DNA of 64,000 bases, from contig OZ251459.1 of the NCBI GenBank assembly GCA_965242525.1, forward strand, positions 480,001 through 544,000, written 5' to 3'. Both the position numbers and the translations under genes were made by a program. Shown here piece by piece: positions 1-10,109 of the stretch (the stretch's first letter is position 1; every line of letters starts with the position of its first letter). The DNA is from an uncultured Candidatus Binatia bacterium (GTDB lineage Bacteria > Desulfobacterota > Binatia > UBA9968 > JAJDTQ01). The notes beneath the pieces are model-generated. The model searched no databases. It was given only the letters and a program-made list of their open reading frames with translations, and was not told the DNA's origin.

Positions 1-502
1 CGCCGGCGAGCACCGGTCCCGCGAGTTGCGACAGCTTCCGGCTCATGGCCGTCAGCGAGAGCGCGTTCAGGAGCGTCTCCCGGGGCACCAGTCCCGGTAC
101 CATGGCGTTGCGGGACGGCGCGCCCAGGGCGTTCAACGACGCGCTCATGCAGGCCGAGAAGTAGATGTGCCAGACCTGGAGGAGGCCCGTGAGCGCCAGC
201 GCCGCCAGCAGGGCGTTCAGGGCCCCGTTGCCCGCCTGCACCAGCATCACGAACCGGCGGCGGTCGATGCGGTCCGCCAGCACCCCGCCGCCCAGGGAGA
301 GGGCGAAGACCGGGAGCCCGCGGGCCAAGCCGATGAATCCCAGATGCAGGGCGGAGCCGGTCAGCTCGTAGATGAGCCAGAGCTCCAGGGTGCGCTGGAT
401 GTGGAAACCGAAGGAAGTGGCGAGGACGGCCAGCCAGAGCAGCCGGAAACCGCGGTGCGCCAAGGCGCCGCGGTTCGGCTGCCAGGACCGCCTACGCTGC
501 AC
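1..502 (-). CDS. MFS transporter (EntS/DHA3-like), runs off the left edge
   Basis: Manual translation from GTG at 502: ..ALAHRGFRLLWLAVLATSFGFHIQRTLELWLIYELTGSALHLGFIGLARGLPVFALSLGGGVLADRIDRRRF.. carries MFS motif A (GxLADRxxRR). Overlaps the stop of the upstream aldolase. Confidence 0.8.
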   Translation of the reverse strand, partial: MQRRRSWQPNRGALAHRGFRLLWLAVLATSFGFHIQRTLELWLIYELTGSALHLGFIGLARGLPVFALSLGGGVLADRIDRRRFVMLVQAGNGALNALLAALALTGLLQVWHIYFSACMSASLNALGAPSRNAMVPGLVPRETLLNALSLTAMSRKLSQLAGPVLAG

Positions 503-1451
503 TACGCCCGTTCTCGGCCTCCACCAGGGGACGGTAGCGCTCGTTCATCTCCATCCAGTGGGCGGCGCGTTTCTTCGCCCTGTCGATCTGGACGTCGGGG
601 AAATTCAGGAACGGGGTCCGCGTGGGGCCCACCTTGCAGTAGTCCGCGTACTCCGCGGGCCGCTTGAAGCCTTCGCCGGGCACGGGCTTGCCTTGGCTGG
701 CCGCGTTGAGGTCGGCGATGACCTCCGCGGCCTTGTCGTTCTCGCCGCGCCGGACCAGGTTCCGCAAGTGGAGGACCGGCCAGGGTCCCATCCATACCTC
801 GGTGGACCAGCAGCCCGCGGCGCCCATGCCGTAGTAGGGGTAGAGCTGGTTCTGGTTCACGAAGACGCTGATCCTGCCTCGGGTGATGCGTTGCAGGTTC
901 AGGAACGCGCTGGTGGTCCGGTGGCTGTCCTTCATGCCGACGATGGTGGGGTTCTTCACCAGTTCCCGGAAGGCCGGCACCGGCAGGGTGAACTTGTGGT
1001 TGCCGGGGTTGTGGTAGATCAGGATGTTCAGGGTCGGGAACAGGTCCGCCACGTCGTGGAAGAAGCGGATGGCGTCGGGCACCGGCAGGGTCTCGTAGTA
1101 GGGCACCCCCAGCAGCACCCCGTCCGCCCCCGAGTCCTTGACGAAGTTCATCTTGCGCACCACTTCCCTGGGGTTGGGGCTGGTGACGCCGATGAACAGG
1201 GGAACCCGTTTCCTCACCGCGTCCACCGTCGCCGCGGTGAGGGTCTCGAACTCTTCCCACAGCAAGTTGTAGCACTCGCCGTAGGTGCCGGTGGTGGACA
1301 GGACGTCGATGCCGTCCCGGATGATCCGGTCCACTCCCGCGGCCAGGTTGTCCACGGCGATGGTCCGGGTCGCGTTGATGTCCACGGCGTCGTCGGTGGC
1401 GAACGCGGGCATCATGCCCATGACTCCGCCTATGTCCTTTGCGGTCAGCAT
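492..1451 (-). CDS. DHDPS/NAL-family hydratase-aldolase, NahE/PhdJ-like
   Basis: MLTAKDIGGV..; GTYGEC motif typical of the NahE subgroup; IYHNP and GMKD (Schiff-base Lys). Confidence 0.8.
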   Translation of the reverse strand: MLTAKDIGGVMGMMPAFATDDAVDINATRTIAVDNLAAGVDRIIRDGIDVLSTTGTYGECYNLLWEEFETLTAATVDAVRKRVPLFIGVTSPNPREVVRKMNFVKDSGADGVLLGVPYYETLPVPDAIRFFHDVADLFPTLNILIYHNPGNHKFTLPVPAFRELVKNPTIVGMKDSHRTTSAFLNLQRITRGRISVFVNQNQLYPYYGMGAAGCWSTEVWMGPWPVLHLRNLVRRGENDKAAEVIADLNAASQGKPVPGEGFKRPAEYADYCKVGPTRTPFLNFPDVQIDRAKKRAAHWMEMNERYRPLVEAENGRSAA

Positions 1452-1492
1452 GGCACACCTCCCTGATGGAAAAGTCGTTGCGCACCCAACGT

Positions 1493-2659
1493 TTACGGCG
1501 CGTGCGCGCCCGGTCCCCCGGCCCGGGCGTCCGGGGACTCCAGGCCGTAGAGATGCGCCGCGTTCCGTCGCAGGATACGGTCGCGGGCTTCCGGGGCGAC
1601 GCCCCGGAAGCAGCGTTCCACGGTCTCCCGGGTCCTCGGCCAAGTGGACGTGGCCAGGGGAAAGTTCGTGGACCAGAGGATGTGGTCCACGCCCACGTAG
1701 TCGGCGAACGGCGCCACCTCGTCGAACCACGCCGTGAGAAAGCACTGGCGGTGGAACATCTCCGACGGTTTGAGGTCGTATCCTTCCCGGGCCAGCCCGT
1801 CGTGCTCGAACTGGTGGTCGGCCCACTCCATGTAGAGCATGCCCCAACTCAGGGCGCTTTCCGCCATCACCAGCCGCAGCCGGGGATGGCGCAGCAGCAC
1901 GCGCGAGAAGGACAGCAGCGACAGCACGAACACGCTGGACACCGGTCGGGTCACTGCGTCCACCGCGTCCGACAGGGCCGGTGACAGGCCCGGGAAGGCA
2001 GGGTACTGCAACTGCGGCGACGCTCCCGCATGGAGCGCCACCGGCACGCCCAGCTCCTCGCACGCGCTCCACACGCGGTCGTATTCGGGCTCGCTCACGT
2101 GCGGCACTTGGCGCAGGTGCATGGGGAGCGCGGGAAAGACGATGCCGCGGTGTCCCTTGCCCACGGCCCGCTGCATCTCCGCGATGGCGGCCTCCGGCGG
2201 CCAGATGGGCACGATGCATTGGGGCACGAAGCGCGGGCTGGCCGAAGCCCACTCCTCCACCAGCCAATCGTTGTAGGCCCGGACGCAGGCCGCCTCCAAC
2301 TCGGGATCTTCCAGCCGTCCGAAGGTCTCCCCCGCGAGTCCGGCCACGGTCGGGAACAGCACCGAATGGTCGATGCCCGCGGCGTCCATGGCCTTCAACC
2401 GTTCCCCGGGATGGTAGGCCGCGGCCGGCACTTCGTCCCAGTTGCGCGGCGCGCGGTTGCGGTCGGGCATGAGGGCCGCGGCCGCGGCTGCGGGCCCCAG
2501 GTCCCGCCCGTCCACGGACCAGCGTTCCACCCCGTCCGCGTCCCGCGCCAAGTGCGGGATGCGCTCACCGAAGCGGCTCCGCGAGAGACGACTCGTCCAC
2601 AGGTCCGGGGGCTCCTGGACGTGGTCGTCCACGCTGACGAGACCCCGGCAGGGCGTCAT
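1493..2659 (-). CDS. Amidohydrolase_2 family metallo-hydrolase/decarboxylase
   Basis: SVDDHVQEP, PVALHAG, AESALSW; final motif WSTNFP (Asn where Asp is usual). ATGA overlap with the upstream gene. Confidence 0.8.
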   Translation of the reverse strand: MTPCRGLVSVDDHVQEPPDLWTSRLSRSRFGERIPHLARDADGVERWSVDGRDLGPAAAAAALMPDRNRAPRNWDEVPAAAYHPGERLKAMDAAGIDHSVLFPTVAGLAGETFGRLEDPELEAACVRAYNDWLVEEWASASPRFVPQCIVPIWPPEAAIAEMQRAVGKGHRGIVFPALPMHLRQVPHVSEPEYDRVWSACEELGVPVALHAGASPQLQYPAFPGLSPALSDAVDAVTRPVSSVFVLSLLSFSRVLLRHPRLRLVMAESALSWGMLYMEWADHQFEHDGLAREGYDLKPSEMFHRQCFLTAWFDEVAPFADYVGVDHILWSTNFPLATSTWPRTRETVERCFRGVAPEARDRILRRNAAHLYGLESPDARAGGPGAHAP

Positions 2660-3819
2660 GCGCTCCGGGCCTCCGGCCGCACCGCGGCTTCCATGCCGTA
2701 CACCTTCATGGCGTTCTCGTACAGCAGCTTCCTGCGGTCCTCGGCCGGCACGCCCTCGAGCACGTGCTCGACGGACTCCCACGAACGCGGGTAGAAGGAC
2801 GCCACGTGGGGGAAGTCCGATTCCCACATGATGTTGTCGATGCCGATGTCGCGCCGCAGCTTGATGCCTTCGGTCTCGAACCAGAAGTTGGTGAACATCT
2901 GGCGCCGCACCGCCTCGCTGGGGCGGGTGGCGAGTCCTTCGGTCCACAGATGGCGGCATTCCCATTCGTGGTCGCAGGCGGCGAGGACGTAGTTGAGACC
3001 GCCGATGCCCGCCTCCGCGAATACGAACTTGAGCCGCGGGAAGCGCTCGGTGACGCCGCCGAAGACGAGCTGCGGGATGATCTGGGCGGGGGTCACCGCG
3101 GACGTGCTGGTCATGGCCGAGTGGGCCTGCCGCGGGGAATAGCCGCTCCAGAACCGCGTGGACCAGCCCGCGCGCACGCCGGCCGATCCGTGGAAGTGCA
3201 CCGGCGCCCCCAGGCTCTGGCACACGTCCCACACCGGGTCCCAGCAGGGGTCGGCCAGGTGAGGCAACGGGCTCGGCGGTTGCCCCTGCAGGTTGATGCC
3301 TCGATGCCCGGCCGCGGTGGCCCGTTCGATCTCGGCCCGGATGGTCGAGGGGTCGCTCAGGTAGGGGATGACGGTCACCGGGAAATACCGGTCGCTCACG
3401 GTGGTCCATTCCGCCAGGGCGTCGTTGTAGGCCTGCACCACGTCGAGTTCGAAGTCTGCGTCGTCGAACTCGTAGAACGTGCCTCCCGGAGGATTGGGGA
3501 ACAGGACCTCGGCGTCGATTCCGTCGGCGTCCAGCGCCGTCAGCCGTTCCTGGGGGTCGTACCCCTGGCGGGGCACTTCCTCCCAGCGCTGCGGATAGGT
3601 GGGGAACGGGTCGCCCATGAGGGCGGGGCAGTTGCCCACGTTGTCGCCCCGAGGCTTGCCGTACACGCACCAGCGGTGCACCTTGCGGCCCTCGTGCTCC
3701 ACCTCCACCACCCGGGGAATGCGCTCGCCCCACTTGCGGCTCTGCATGCGCGAGGTGAAGGCGTCCCGGTCGAAGCCGCAGTGGGAATCGGCGCTGATGA
3801 GTCCGTATCGGATTTCCAT
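2656..3819 (-). CDS. Amidohydrolase_2 family protein
   Basis: ISADSH, VHFHG, FAEAG, MWESDFPH. Confidence 0.85.
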   Translation of the reverse strand: MEIRYGLISADSHCGFDRDAFTSRMQSRKWGERIPRVVEVEHEGRKVHRWCVYGKPRGDNVGNCPALMGDPFPTYPQRWEEVPRQGYDPQERLTALDADGIDAEVLFPNPPGGTFYEFDDADFELDVVQAYNDALAEWTTVSDRYFPVTVIPYLSDPSTIRAEIERATAAGHRGINLQGQPPSPLPHLADPCWDPVWDVCQSLGAPVHFHGSAGVRAGWSTRFWSGYSPRQAHSAMTSTSAVTPAQIIPQLVFGGVTERFPRLKFVFAEAGIGGLNYVLAACDHEWECRHLWTEGLATRPSEAVRRQMFTNFWFETEGIKLRRDIGIDNIMWESDFPHVASFYPRSWESVEHVLEGVPAEDRRKLLYENAMKVYGMEAAVRPEARSA

Positions 3820-3836
3820 GAGGCTCGCTCCGTGCG

Positions 3837-4817
3837 CTATCTCAGCTTGCCCACGTACTTCCGTTCGATGACGAGCTTGAGCTCCTCGGTGGCCTTCCCG
3901 TCGAGGTCCAGGAACGGTTTCAGGGTCTTCTTGATGTCCTCCGGGCCGGTCCACTGCACGATGAGCTTCAGCTTGTCGGCTTCCTTCCGGGCCGCATCCA
4001 CCCGGGTGACCTTTTCCAGCGCCTCGCCAAGGAACTTCGTCCTGGCCTCCGGCACCCCGGGAGAGGTGATGACGGCGCCGAAGATCTCGGAGAAGGACAG
4101 CGCGTAGCTGCGCCACGGCTCGTTGGCCTGCATGGCCATCAGGTGGGGCGCGTCGGGCGTGCGGTCGTCCTCGAAGAAGGTGAACGCGACGTTGACCGCG
4201 TCCTTGTGCCTCCACGCGGTGGCCACCGAACCGGTGGTGGCGTCCAGCTCGCCCCGCCTGATGGCGGCGAGCCGCTCCGCGGAACCGCCGTAGCCGGGCA
4301 CGATGGTGATGGGAAGGTCGAACATCTCCGCGATCATTCCTTCGTTGAACGGGGAGGAAGCGCCGATGCGTATGCGCTTCAGCTTGCGCAGCCCCTCGAT
4401 GTCCGACGGCAGGTCCTTGCGCACCAGCAGGGCCGTGTTGGTGCGTACGACGCGCCCCAGGTACCGGAACTTGTCGAAGTCGTACTTCACCCCCTTGCGG
4501 CCGAAGAGGTCGAAGGCCACCAGCTTGGTGTGGGCGGTGAGGAGTGCGAGGCCGTCCGGCGGCAGCCGGTAGAGCCGGTTGTATCCGGCCACGCCGCCGC
4601 CCCCGGGCAGGTTCCGGACGATGGTCCGGGCGCCGGTGAGGGCCGGCAGGTGACGCGCCAGCCAGCGGGCGCGCAGGTCGAAGGTGCCCCCGGGCGAATA
4701 CTGCACCAGCAGCGTCATGCGCTTGCCGCGGTAGAAGTCGCGGACGTCGTTCTGTGCATGCGCCGGGGCGGCGGCCAGGGCGATGCCCGCACACAGGAGC
4801 CATAATGCCTTTTTCAT
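3837..4817 (-). CDS. tctC: Tripartite tricarboxylate transporter substrate-binding protein (TctC/Bug)
   Basis: Signal peptide MKKALWLL..AHA; YSPGGTFD, NLPGGGG, PPDGL, GYGGS..RGELD; GAGGAG RBS. Confidence 0.8.
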   Translation of the reverse strand: MKKALWLLCAGIALAAAPAHAQNDVRDFYRGKRMTLLVQYSPGGTFDLRARWLARHLPALTGARTIVRNLPGGGGVAGYNRLYRLPPDGLALLTAHTKLVAFDLFGRKGVKYDFDKFRYLGRVVRTNTALLVRKDLPSDIEGLRKLKRIRIGASSPFNEGMIAEMFDLPITIVPGYGGSAERLAAIRRGELDATTGSVATAWRHKDAVNVAFTFFEDDRTPDAPHLMAMQANEPWRSYALSFSEIFGAVITSPGVPEARTKFLGEALEKVTRVDAARKEADKLKLIVQWTGPEDIKKTLKPFLDLDGKATEELKLVIERKYVGKLR

Positions 4818-4904
4818 GGGGTTCCTCCTCGTCGGCAGGACACTTTGGCCTACGTAATCGCATTCGCCGCGGGATGTCAACATGGGGTCGGTCCGTCCTT
4901 CTGC

Positions 4905-5408
4905 TCAGGGCCGCCGGGCGTCCATGAGGCGCCCCAGCAGGCTATCGGGCCAGACCACGTGGAGGACGTTGTCGAACACCCCCACCACCAGGGCGGTCAC
5001 GAGACCCGTCAGCGCCAGCGTCACCCCCCACCCGGCCCGGCTCACGAACCGCAGGTAGAGCGCCAGGAAGAGGGCCAGGGCCGGTTGGAACCCCACCAGC
5101 AGCACCGACGCCAGGAGCGCCAGCGCGCACAGGTAGAAGGCGCCGGCCCGTCGGATCGCCTGGTCCGCGGGCACCGAGCGGTCCACCGCGATGTCGCGCA
5201 CGCGCTGGGGCGCCGGACTTTCCTCGCCGTGGTCCGGCCCCGCCACCGCGTCCCGCGCGAGCTGGACCAGGGCCACCAGCAGCACCGGGATGCCTACGGT
5301 CAACGGAAAGAGCCCGGTGGCGAAGGGCCACTGCCACGCCGTGGCCATGGCCGCGGCCAGCAGCACGAAGAAGAACCCGTCGAACAGCAGGACCACGGCC
5401 TTGCGCAT
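4905..5408 (-). CDS. tctB: TctB small membrane subunit
   Basis: About 167 aa with 4-5 hydrophobic segments, between tctA and tctC. Confidence 0.75.
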   Translation of the reverse strand: MRKAVVLLFDGFFFVLLAAAMATAWQWPFATGLFPLTVGIPVLLVALVQLARDAVAGPDHGEESPAPQRVRDIAVDRSVPADQAIRRAGAFYLCALALLASVLLVGFQPALALFLALYLRFVSRAGWGVTLALTGLVTALVVGVFDNVLHVVWPDSLLGRLMDARRP

Positions 5409-5413
5409 GCGCG

Positions 5414-6883
5414 TTACCCTCGGCTCGCTCGCTCCCGGATGGCGGGAACCGTCAGGGCGGCCACGATCAGGACGAACAGCACCACCACCCACGGCCGCGT
5501 GAGCCACGTCCAGCCGTAGGTCAGGATGGAGATGTACAGGTACTTCTCCACGGTGGAGCCCAGGACGAAGCCGATGATCAGGGGCGGCCGCGGCCATCCC
5601 AGCCGTTTCATGGACCAGCCCAGCAGTCCGAAGAAGAGGAAGCAGACCAGATCCGCCACGTGCCGGCGCGCCATGAAGGCGCCCAGGAACATGATGACCA
5701 GCAACACCGGCGCCAGGAGTTGCGCCCGGATGGTGGCGATGCGCGCCAGGTGGTCGGTGAACAGGAAGCAGGTGCCGGTGCCGATGACGTTGGCCAGGGC
5801 CAGGCTCCAGGCGATGGTGAAGATCACGTCCAGGTGCTGGTTCAGCATCTCGGGACCCGGGGCCAGCCCCTGTATCTCCATGGCGCCGAGGAACAGCGCC
5901 ATGCTCGTGCTTCCGGGGATGCCGAAGGCCAGGGTGGGGATCAGGCCGCCGCCGTCCTTGGCGTTGTTGGCGCTCTCCGGCGCGATCACCCCGCGCACGT
6001 CGCCGGCGCCGAAGCTGTCCGGGTTCTTCTCCGTGTGCAGCGCATGGCCGTAAGCGAACCAGTCCACCACCAGGGTGCCGAGGCCCGGGACGATGCCGAT
6101 CCACACTCCCAGGGCGCTGGAGCGGATCACCAGCCACCAGTGCCGGAACGCGTCCCGCACCCCCTCCCAGCGCCCCTTGAGTCGACCCAGGGCCGCGGCG
6201 TCGATGCTCTTGCCCGACACCAGCAGGTCCGTGGTCTCCGCCAGACCGAACAGCCCCAGGGAGAGGGGCACCACGTGGAACCCTTCCCACAGATAGACCT
6301 GGTCGAAGGTCCATCGCTCCACGCTGAGGATGGGGTCGGCGCCCACCGTGGCCAGAAGCAGCCCCGATCCTCCGGCCACCATCCCTTTCATGAGTGCGGC
6401 GCCGCTCAGGCTCGCCACCATGCACACCCCCAGCACCGCCATCATGAAGAACTCGGGGGAGCCGAAGGTGAGCACCAGCGGGCCGAGGACCGGGATGGAC
6501 AGGGTGAGCACCAGGGCGCCGAAGACGCCGCCCAGGGCCGACACCGTGAAGGCGGCGCCGAAGGCGCGCCCGGCCTCGCCGCGCTTGGCCATGGCGTGGC
6601 CGTCGAGGATGGTGGCCTGGGACCCCACTGTGCCCGGCACCGCGAACAGGACGGAAGGGATGGTGTCCGAGGTGGTGGTCACCGCCAGCATGCCGATGAT
6701 GAAGGCGAAGGCGGAAACCGGATCCATGTCGAAGGTGAAGGGGAGCAGCAGGGCCAGGCCGGTGACGCCCCCTATCCCCGGGACCACACCGAGCAGCAGA
6801 CCCAGCAAGACCCCGCCCAAGAGCATCAGGAGATGCGTCGGCACGAGGATCTGCAGGCTGGCCTGTGTGATGGCGTCGAGCAT
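5414..6883 (-). CDS. tctA: TctA permease
   Basis: PGIGG..LALLLP, ATILDGHAMAKRGEAGRA, GVIAPESANNA, LAFGIPG. Confidence 0.92.
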   Translation of the reverse strand: MLDAITQASLQILVPTHLLMLLGGVLLGLLLGVVPGIGGVTGLALLLPFTFDMDPVSAFAFIIGMLAVTTTSDTIPSVLFAVPGTVGSQATILDGHAMAKRGEAGRAFGAAFTVSALGGVFGALVLTLSIPVLGPLVLTFGSPEFFMMAVLGVCMVASLSGAALMKGMVAGGSGLLLATVGADPILSVERWTFDQVYLWEGFHVVPLSLGLFGLAETTDLLVSGKSIDAAALGRLKGRWEGVRDAFRHWWLVIRSSALGVWIGIVPGLGTLVVDWFAYGHALHTEKNPDSFGAGDVRGVIAPESANNAKDGGGLIPTLAFGIPGSTSMALFLGAMEIQGLAPGPEMLNQHLDVIFTIAWSLALANVIGTGTCFLFTDHLARIATIRAQLLAPVLLVIMFLGAFMARRHVADLVCFLFFGLLGWSMKRLGWPRPPLIIGFVLGSTVEKYLYISILTYGWTWLTRPWVVVLFVLIVAALTVPAIRERASRG

Positions 6884-6983
6884 GGATCGCCTGCCCGGCG
6901 GAACCCGGGGCCGGAGGGGTTCCCCACGGGCGTTCCGGGTGGACCGGGCCGGGGCGCGGACGGATCGCCGTCCCGTCCCGGAG

Positions 6984-8039
6984 TCAGCTCTCCTCGCCGT
7001 ACAGGTTCAGGCTCTCCATCACCGGGCGGTCCGTGACCGAGAAGAGGATAGCGGGCTCGGCACCGGACGCGTTGCGGAAGTGGTGCCAGTGCCAGGACGG
7101 CACGACGAAGCAGTCCTGCCGACTCCAGTTCATCGCGGCCCCCTCCTTCCGGTCCCGGCCGGCCACGGTGACGCCCTCTCCCTGCATCACGTGGTAGATG
7201 GTGCTGCCGGTATGGCGATGGCTCCGGGTGGCCTGACCGGGACGCAGCCACTGGACCCGGCAGTCGATGGTGGGCATGGTGGGGCCGCCGGTCACCGGGT
7301 TGGCGTATTGCAGGAGGACGCCGTCGAAGGGGTCGTCGTCTCCGGCCTCGGCCATGGCCTCCAGCACCGGCAGGGTGTCGCGCCACTTGTAGGTGTAGGG
7401 CAGCGCGCGGTTGCCGGGATGCTCGGTCCGGGGCCGCACCGGGCCCAGGCGGTGACGGCTGTAGCCTTCGGACTTGACCACGGGCTGGGCGGGTCCCTCT
7501 CCGTAGTTCTCGTGGAAGTTCGTGTCCAGGTGGTTCATCAGGTGGATGTCGAGCACGTCCAGCCACACGATGTTCCGCTCCCCGCGGTTGTAGTGGTCGT
7601 GCCACGTCCAACTCGGCGTCAGCACCAGGTCGCCGGGCTCCATGTGCATCTCCTCGCCCTCCACCGTGGTGTAGCCGGCGCCGTCCCCCTCCACCACGAA
7701 GCGCAGGGCCGCGGCGGTGTGTCGGTGGCACTCGGCGCGCTCTCCGGGCTTGACGAGCTGCACCGACATCTGGATGGTGCGGGTGGTGGACTTGAACGCG
7801 GTGAGACCGGGGTTCACCAACTGCACGGTGCGCCGTTTGGCCGCCTCGTCGATGTGGCCCAGTTGGACCACCTCGCCGGACTCCATGAGGCACGAGTGGA
7901 CCACCGGCCAGCGCCACAGGTGCGGCCGGAGCTCCGGGGGACGCTGGCGCGGCTGCCAGTGGCCGGCCAGGGAGTTCTCGGCCAGGGTCCGGTGCAGCGC
8001 CTCCAGGCGCGGGTCTTCGGCGTGGACTGCTTCACTCAT
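6984..8039 (-). CDS. Gentisate/1-hydroxy-2-naphthoate 1,2-dioxygenase-like bicupin
   Basis: ECHRHTAAALRFVVEG..WTWHDH..WLDVLD; YANPVTGGPTMPTI; second HRH..WHWHH. Confidence 0.85.
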   Translation of the reverse strand: MSEAVHAEDPRLEALHRTLAENSLAGHWQPRQRPPELRPHLWRWPVVHSCLMESGEVVQLGHIDEAAKRRTVQLVNPGLTAFKSTTRTIQMSVQLVKPGERAECHRHTAAALRFVVEGDGAGYTTVEGEEMHMEPGDLVLTPSWTWHDHYNRGERNIVWLDVLDIHLMNHLDTNFHENYGEGPAQPVVKSEGYSRHRLGPVRPRTEHPGNRALPYTYKWRDTLPVLEAMAEAGDDDPFDGVLLQYANPVTGGPTMPTIDCRVQWLRPGQATRSHRHTGSTIYHVMQGEGVTVAGRDRKEGAAMNWSRQDCFVVPSWHWHHFRNASGAEPAILFSVTDRPVMESLNLYGEES

Positions 8040-8085
8040 GGTCGCCTCCTCGATGGTGCAACGGCGCCCCCGGCCCGCCGACGGC

Positions 8086-9042
8086 TCAGACGCCTTCGAG
8101 CGCCGCGGCCTCCGGATGGAAGAAGCTCCGATAGTCGAGCTTCGTGGGCGTCAGGCCGAACTGGTGTGCGAACTCCATCATGGCTTCCAGGGAAGGGACG
8201 TTGTCCCGGACGTTGTAGGACCAGTAGTCGTCCCCCATGGCCGCGCGCTGCTCGTCGATGGCGGCCGCCACCCACGAGGTGACGAGGACTTCGGGGTCGG
8301 AGCCGTAGAGCCGGTCGAAGGCCACGTCCCGGGCCCGTCGGTACGCCCGCAGCAGCGCCACCGGCGCCTCCGGATGCCGCTCCACGAACTCCTGCCTGAG
8401 GGTCACCATGTGGCTGATGGGGAAGATCCCGGTGGCCTCGAAGTAGGCCAGCTCTTCGGACTTGTAGTCGCGGAAGAGCCGGCGTACCCGGGGGTCCCGC
8501 CGGCTGATGGACGGCAGGACGTTGGGCTCGATGACCGCGTCCACCTCCCGCTCCAGCAGCATGGCGTCCAGGGCGTCGGCGTCCTGCGGCCCGGATATGT
8601 GGGGCAGGGGCTCCACCCGGACTTCCGGGGACCAGCTCTCGGCCTCGGGTCCGGGCATGCACCAGCGCACCCGGGTGAGGTCCACGCCGTAGTGGTTCTG
8701 CAGCGCGCCCCGGGCCCACACTCCCGCGGTGCTGCTGACGAACACCCGCTTGCCTTCCAGGTCCCGGGGCGACTCGATGCCCGAGGCGTCGTTCACGAAG
8801 ATGTAGGCGAGCCGGAACTTGCGGTTGGGGTAGGCCGGGATCGACACGTAGGGATGCTCGCCGCGCCCCTTGGTCCGCATGAGGCCGCCGAAGCTGGCGT
8901 CCCACGCGTCGATGGTCTCCGGGCTGCGAAAGTGGCTGACCTCCAGGTCGAATCCCTCTACGGTGACAGCGCCGTCCACCAACGGCCGGTTGGTGTCCAC
9001 CTCGGGCTCCCGGAAACCCATCCGCAACACGGGGTTCGCCAT
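8086..9042 (-). CDS. 4,5-dihydroxyphthalate decarboxylase-like protein (periplasmic-binding-protein fold)
   Basis: RPLVDGAVTVEG, IPAYPNRKFR, TAGVWARGAL, YFEATGIFPISH; no signal peptide. Confidence 0.75.
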   Translation of the reverse strand: MANPVLRMGFREPEVDTNRPLVDGAVTVEGFDLEVSHFRSPETIDAWDASFGGLMRTKGRGEHPYVSIPAYPNRKFRLAYIFVNDASGIESPRDLEGKRVFVSSTAGVWARGALQNHYGVDLTRVRWCMPGPEAESWSPEVRVEPLPHISGPQDADALDAMLLEREVDAVIEPNVLPSISRRDPRVRRLFRDYKSEELAYFEATGIFPISHMVTLRQEFVERHPEAPVALLRAYRRARDVAFDRLYGSDPEVLVTSWVAAAIDEQRAAMGDDYWSYNVRDNVPSLEAMMEFAHQFGLTPTKLDYRSFFHPEAAALEGV

Positions 9043-9064
9043 GACGTTCTCTCCCCGGACGGCG

Positions 9065-10102
9065 TTACGCCCGCGCGCCGGAGCGGTGGTCCGCTTCCTC
9101 CTTCAGGAAGAAGCCGAGCCTGGTCTGGGCCGGCCAGTCGTCGATGGAGAAGAGGACGGACTCCCCCTCCGTGCCGTTCTCGTGATGGTGCCAGCTCCAC
9201 GCCGGAACCGCGAAGATGTCGCCCTGTCGCCATTCGAGGCGCTGGCCTTCGATGACCACTGCGCCGGCGCCTTCGAACGCATGGTAGAAGGTGTTGCTGT
9301 TGTGCCGGTGGCCGCGGGTCCTCTGTCCCGCCCGCAGCAGCGATGCATGCCAGGCGATGGTGGGCAGGGTGGGGCCGCCGTCCACCGGGCTGGCCAGCAT
9401 CAGGTGGACCCCGTCGCAGGGGTCCTCTTCTCCCGCTTCCTGCAGAGCGGCGAGCGCGGCCCGGGTCTCCTCCCACGGATAGTGCATGGGCGGCAGGGGG
9501 AAAGGCGCCTCCCCGGTCACGGGTCGGGCGAGGCCGCGGGTGCGGACGCCGTACTGCGGGGGCTTGCGGACGTCCTGGTAGGGCCGGTCCTCCGGCAGCC
9601 GCTCGTTCAGGTTCACGCCGCCGTTGTACCCGTTGTCGTAACCGTCCACGTACAGGGCCGGCGCCGAGCCTCGGTTCCAGTGGTCGTGGAAGGTCCAGGA
9701 GGGGCTGATGACGACGTCCCCCCGATTCATGGGAAAGGCTTCGTACTGGCACACGAACACGGCGTCCCGGGGCGCTTGGCACACCAGCCGGGTCTCGTTC
9801 CGCATGTTGCGGTGTCCCTGGGTGCGCTCTCCGGGCATGAGGATCTGCACGTTCATCCAGATGGGGAAGCGGCGCGCCTCGATGCCGGTCACGGAGCGCA
9901 TGCCGGTCATGCCTCCGGGTCCCACGGTGACGATCTCGCCGGAGCGCATGAGTCCCTTGTAGATGTCGTCCCAGCGCCAGTGGGCCGCGGCGGGTCCGGT
10001 GCGGGATGGCGCCGCGTCGTCGCGTTGCAACCCCGCGCCCACCAAGTGGTGCTCGGCCAGGAACCGCCCCAGGTCCTGATGCGTGGCGCCGACGTCGCTC
10101 AT
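9065..10102 (-). CDS. Gentisate 1,2-dioxygenase-like bicupin (divergent)
   Basis: HWRW, PGE..GHRN..WTFHDH; ASPVDGGPTLPTI; C-terminal HRH..WSWHHH. Confidence 0.8.
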   Translation of the reverse strand: MSDVGATHQDLGRFLAEHHLVGAGLQRDDAAPSRTGPAAAHWRWDDIYKGLMRSGEIVTVGPGGMTGMRSVTGIEARRFPIWMNVQILMPGERTQGHRNMRNETRLVCQAPRDAVFVCQYEAFPMNRGDVVISPSWTFHDHWNRGSAPALYVDGYDNGYNGGVNLNERLPEDRPYQDVRKPPQYGVRTRGLARPVTGEAPFPLPPMHYPWEETRAALAALQEAGEEDPCDGVHLMLASPVDGGPTLPTIAWHASLLRAGQRTRGHRHNSNTFYHAFEGAGAVVIEGQRLEWRQGDIFAVPAWSWHHHENGTEGESVLFSIDDWPAQTRLGFFLKEEADHRSGARA

Positions 10103-10109
10103 GGGGCTC

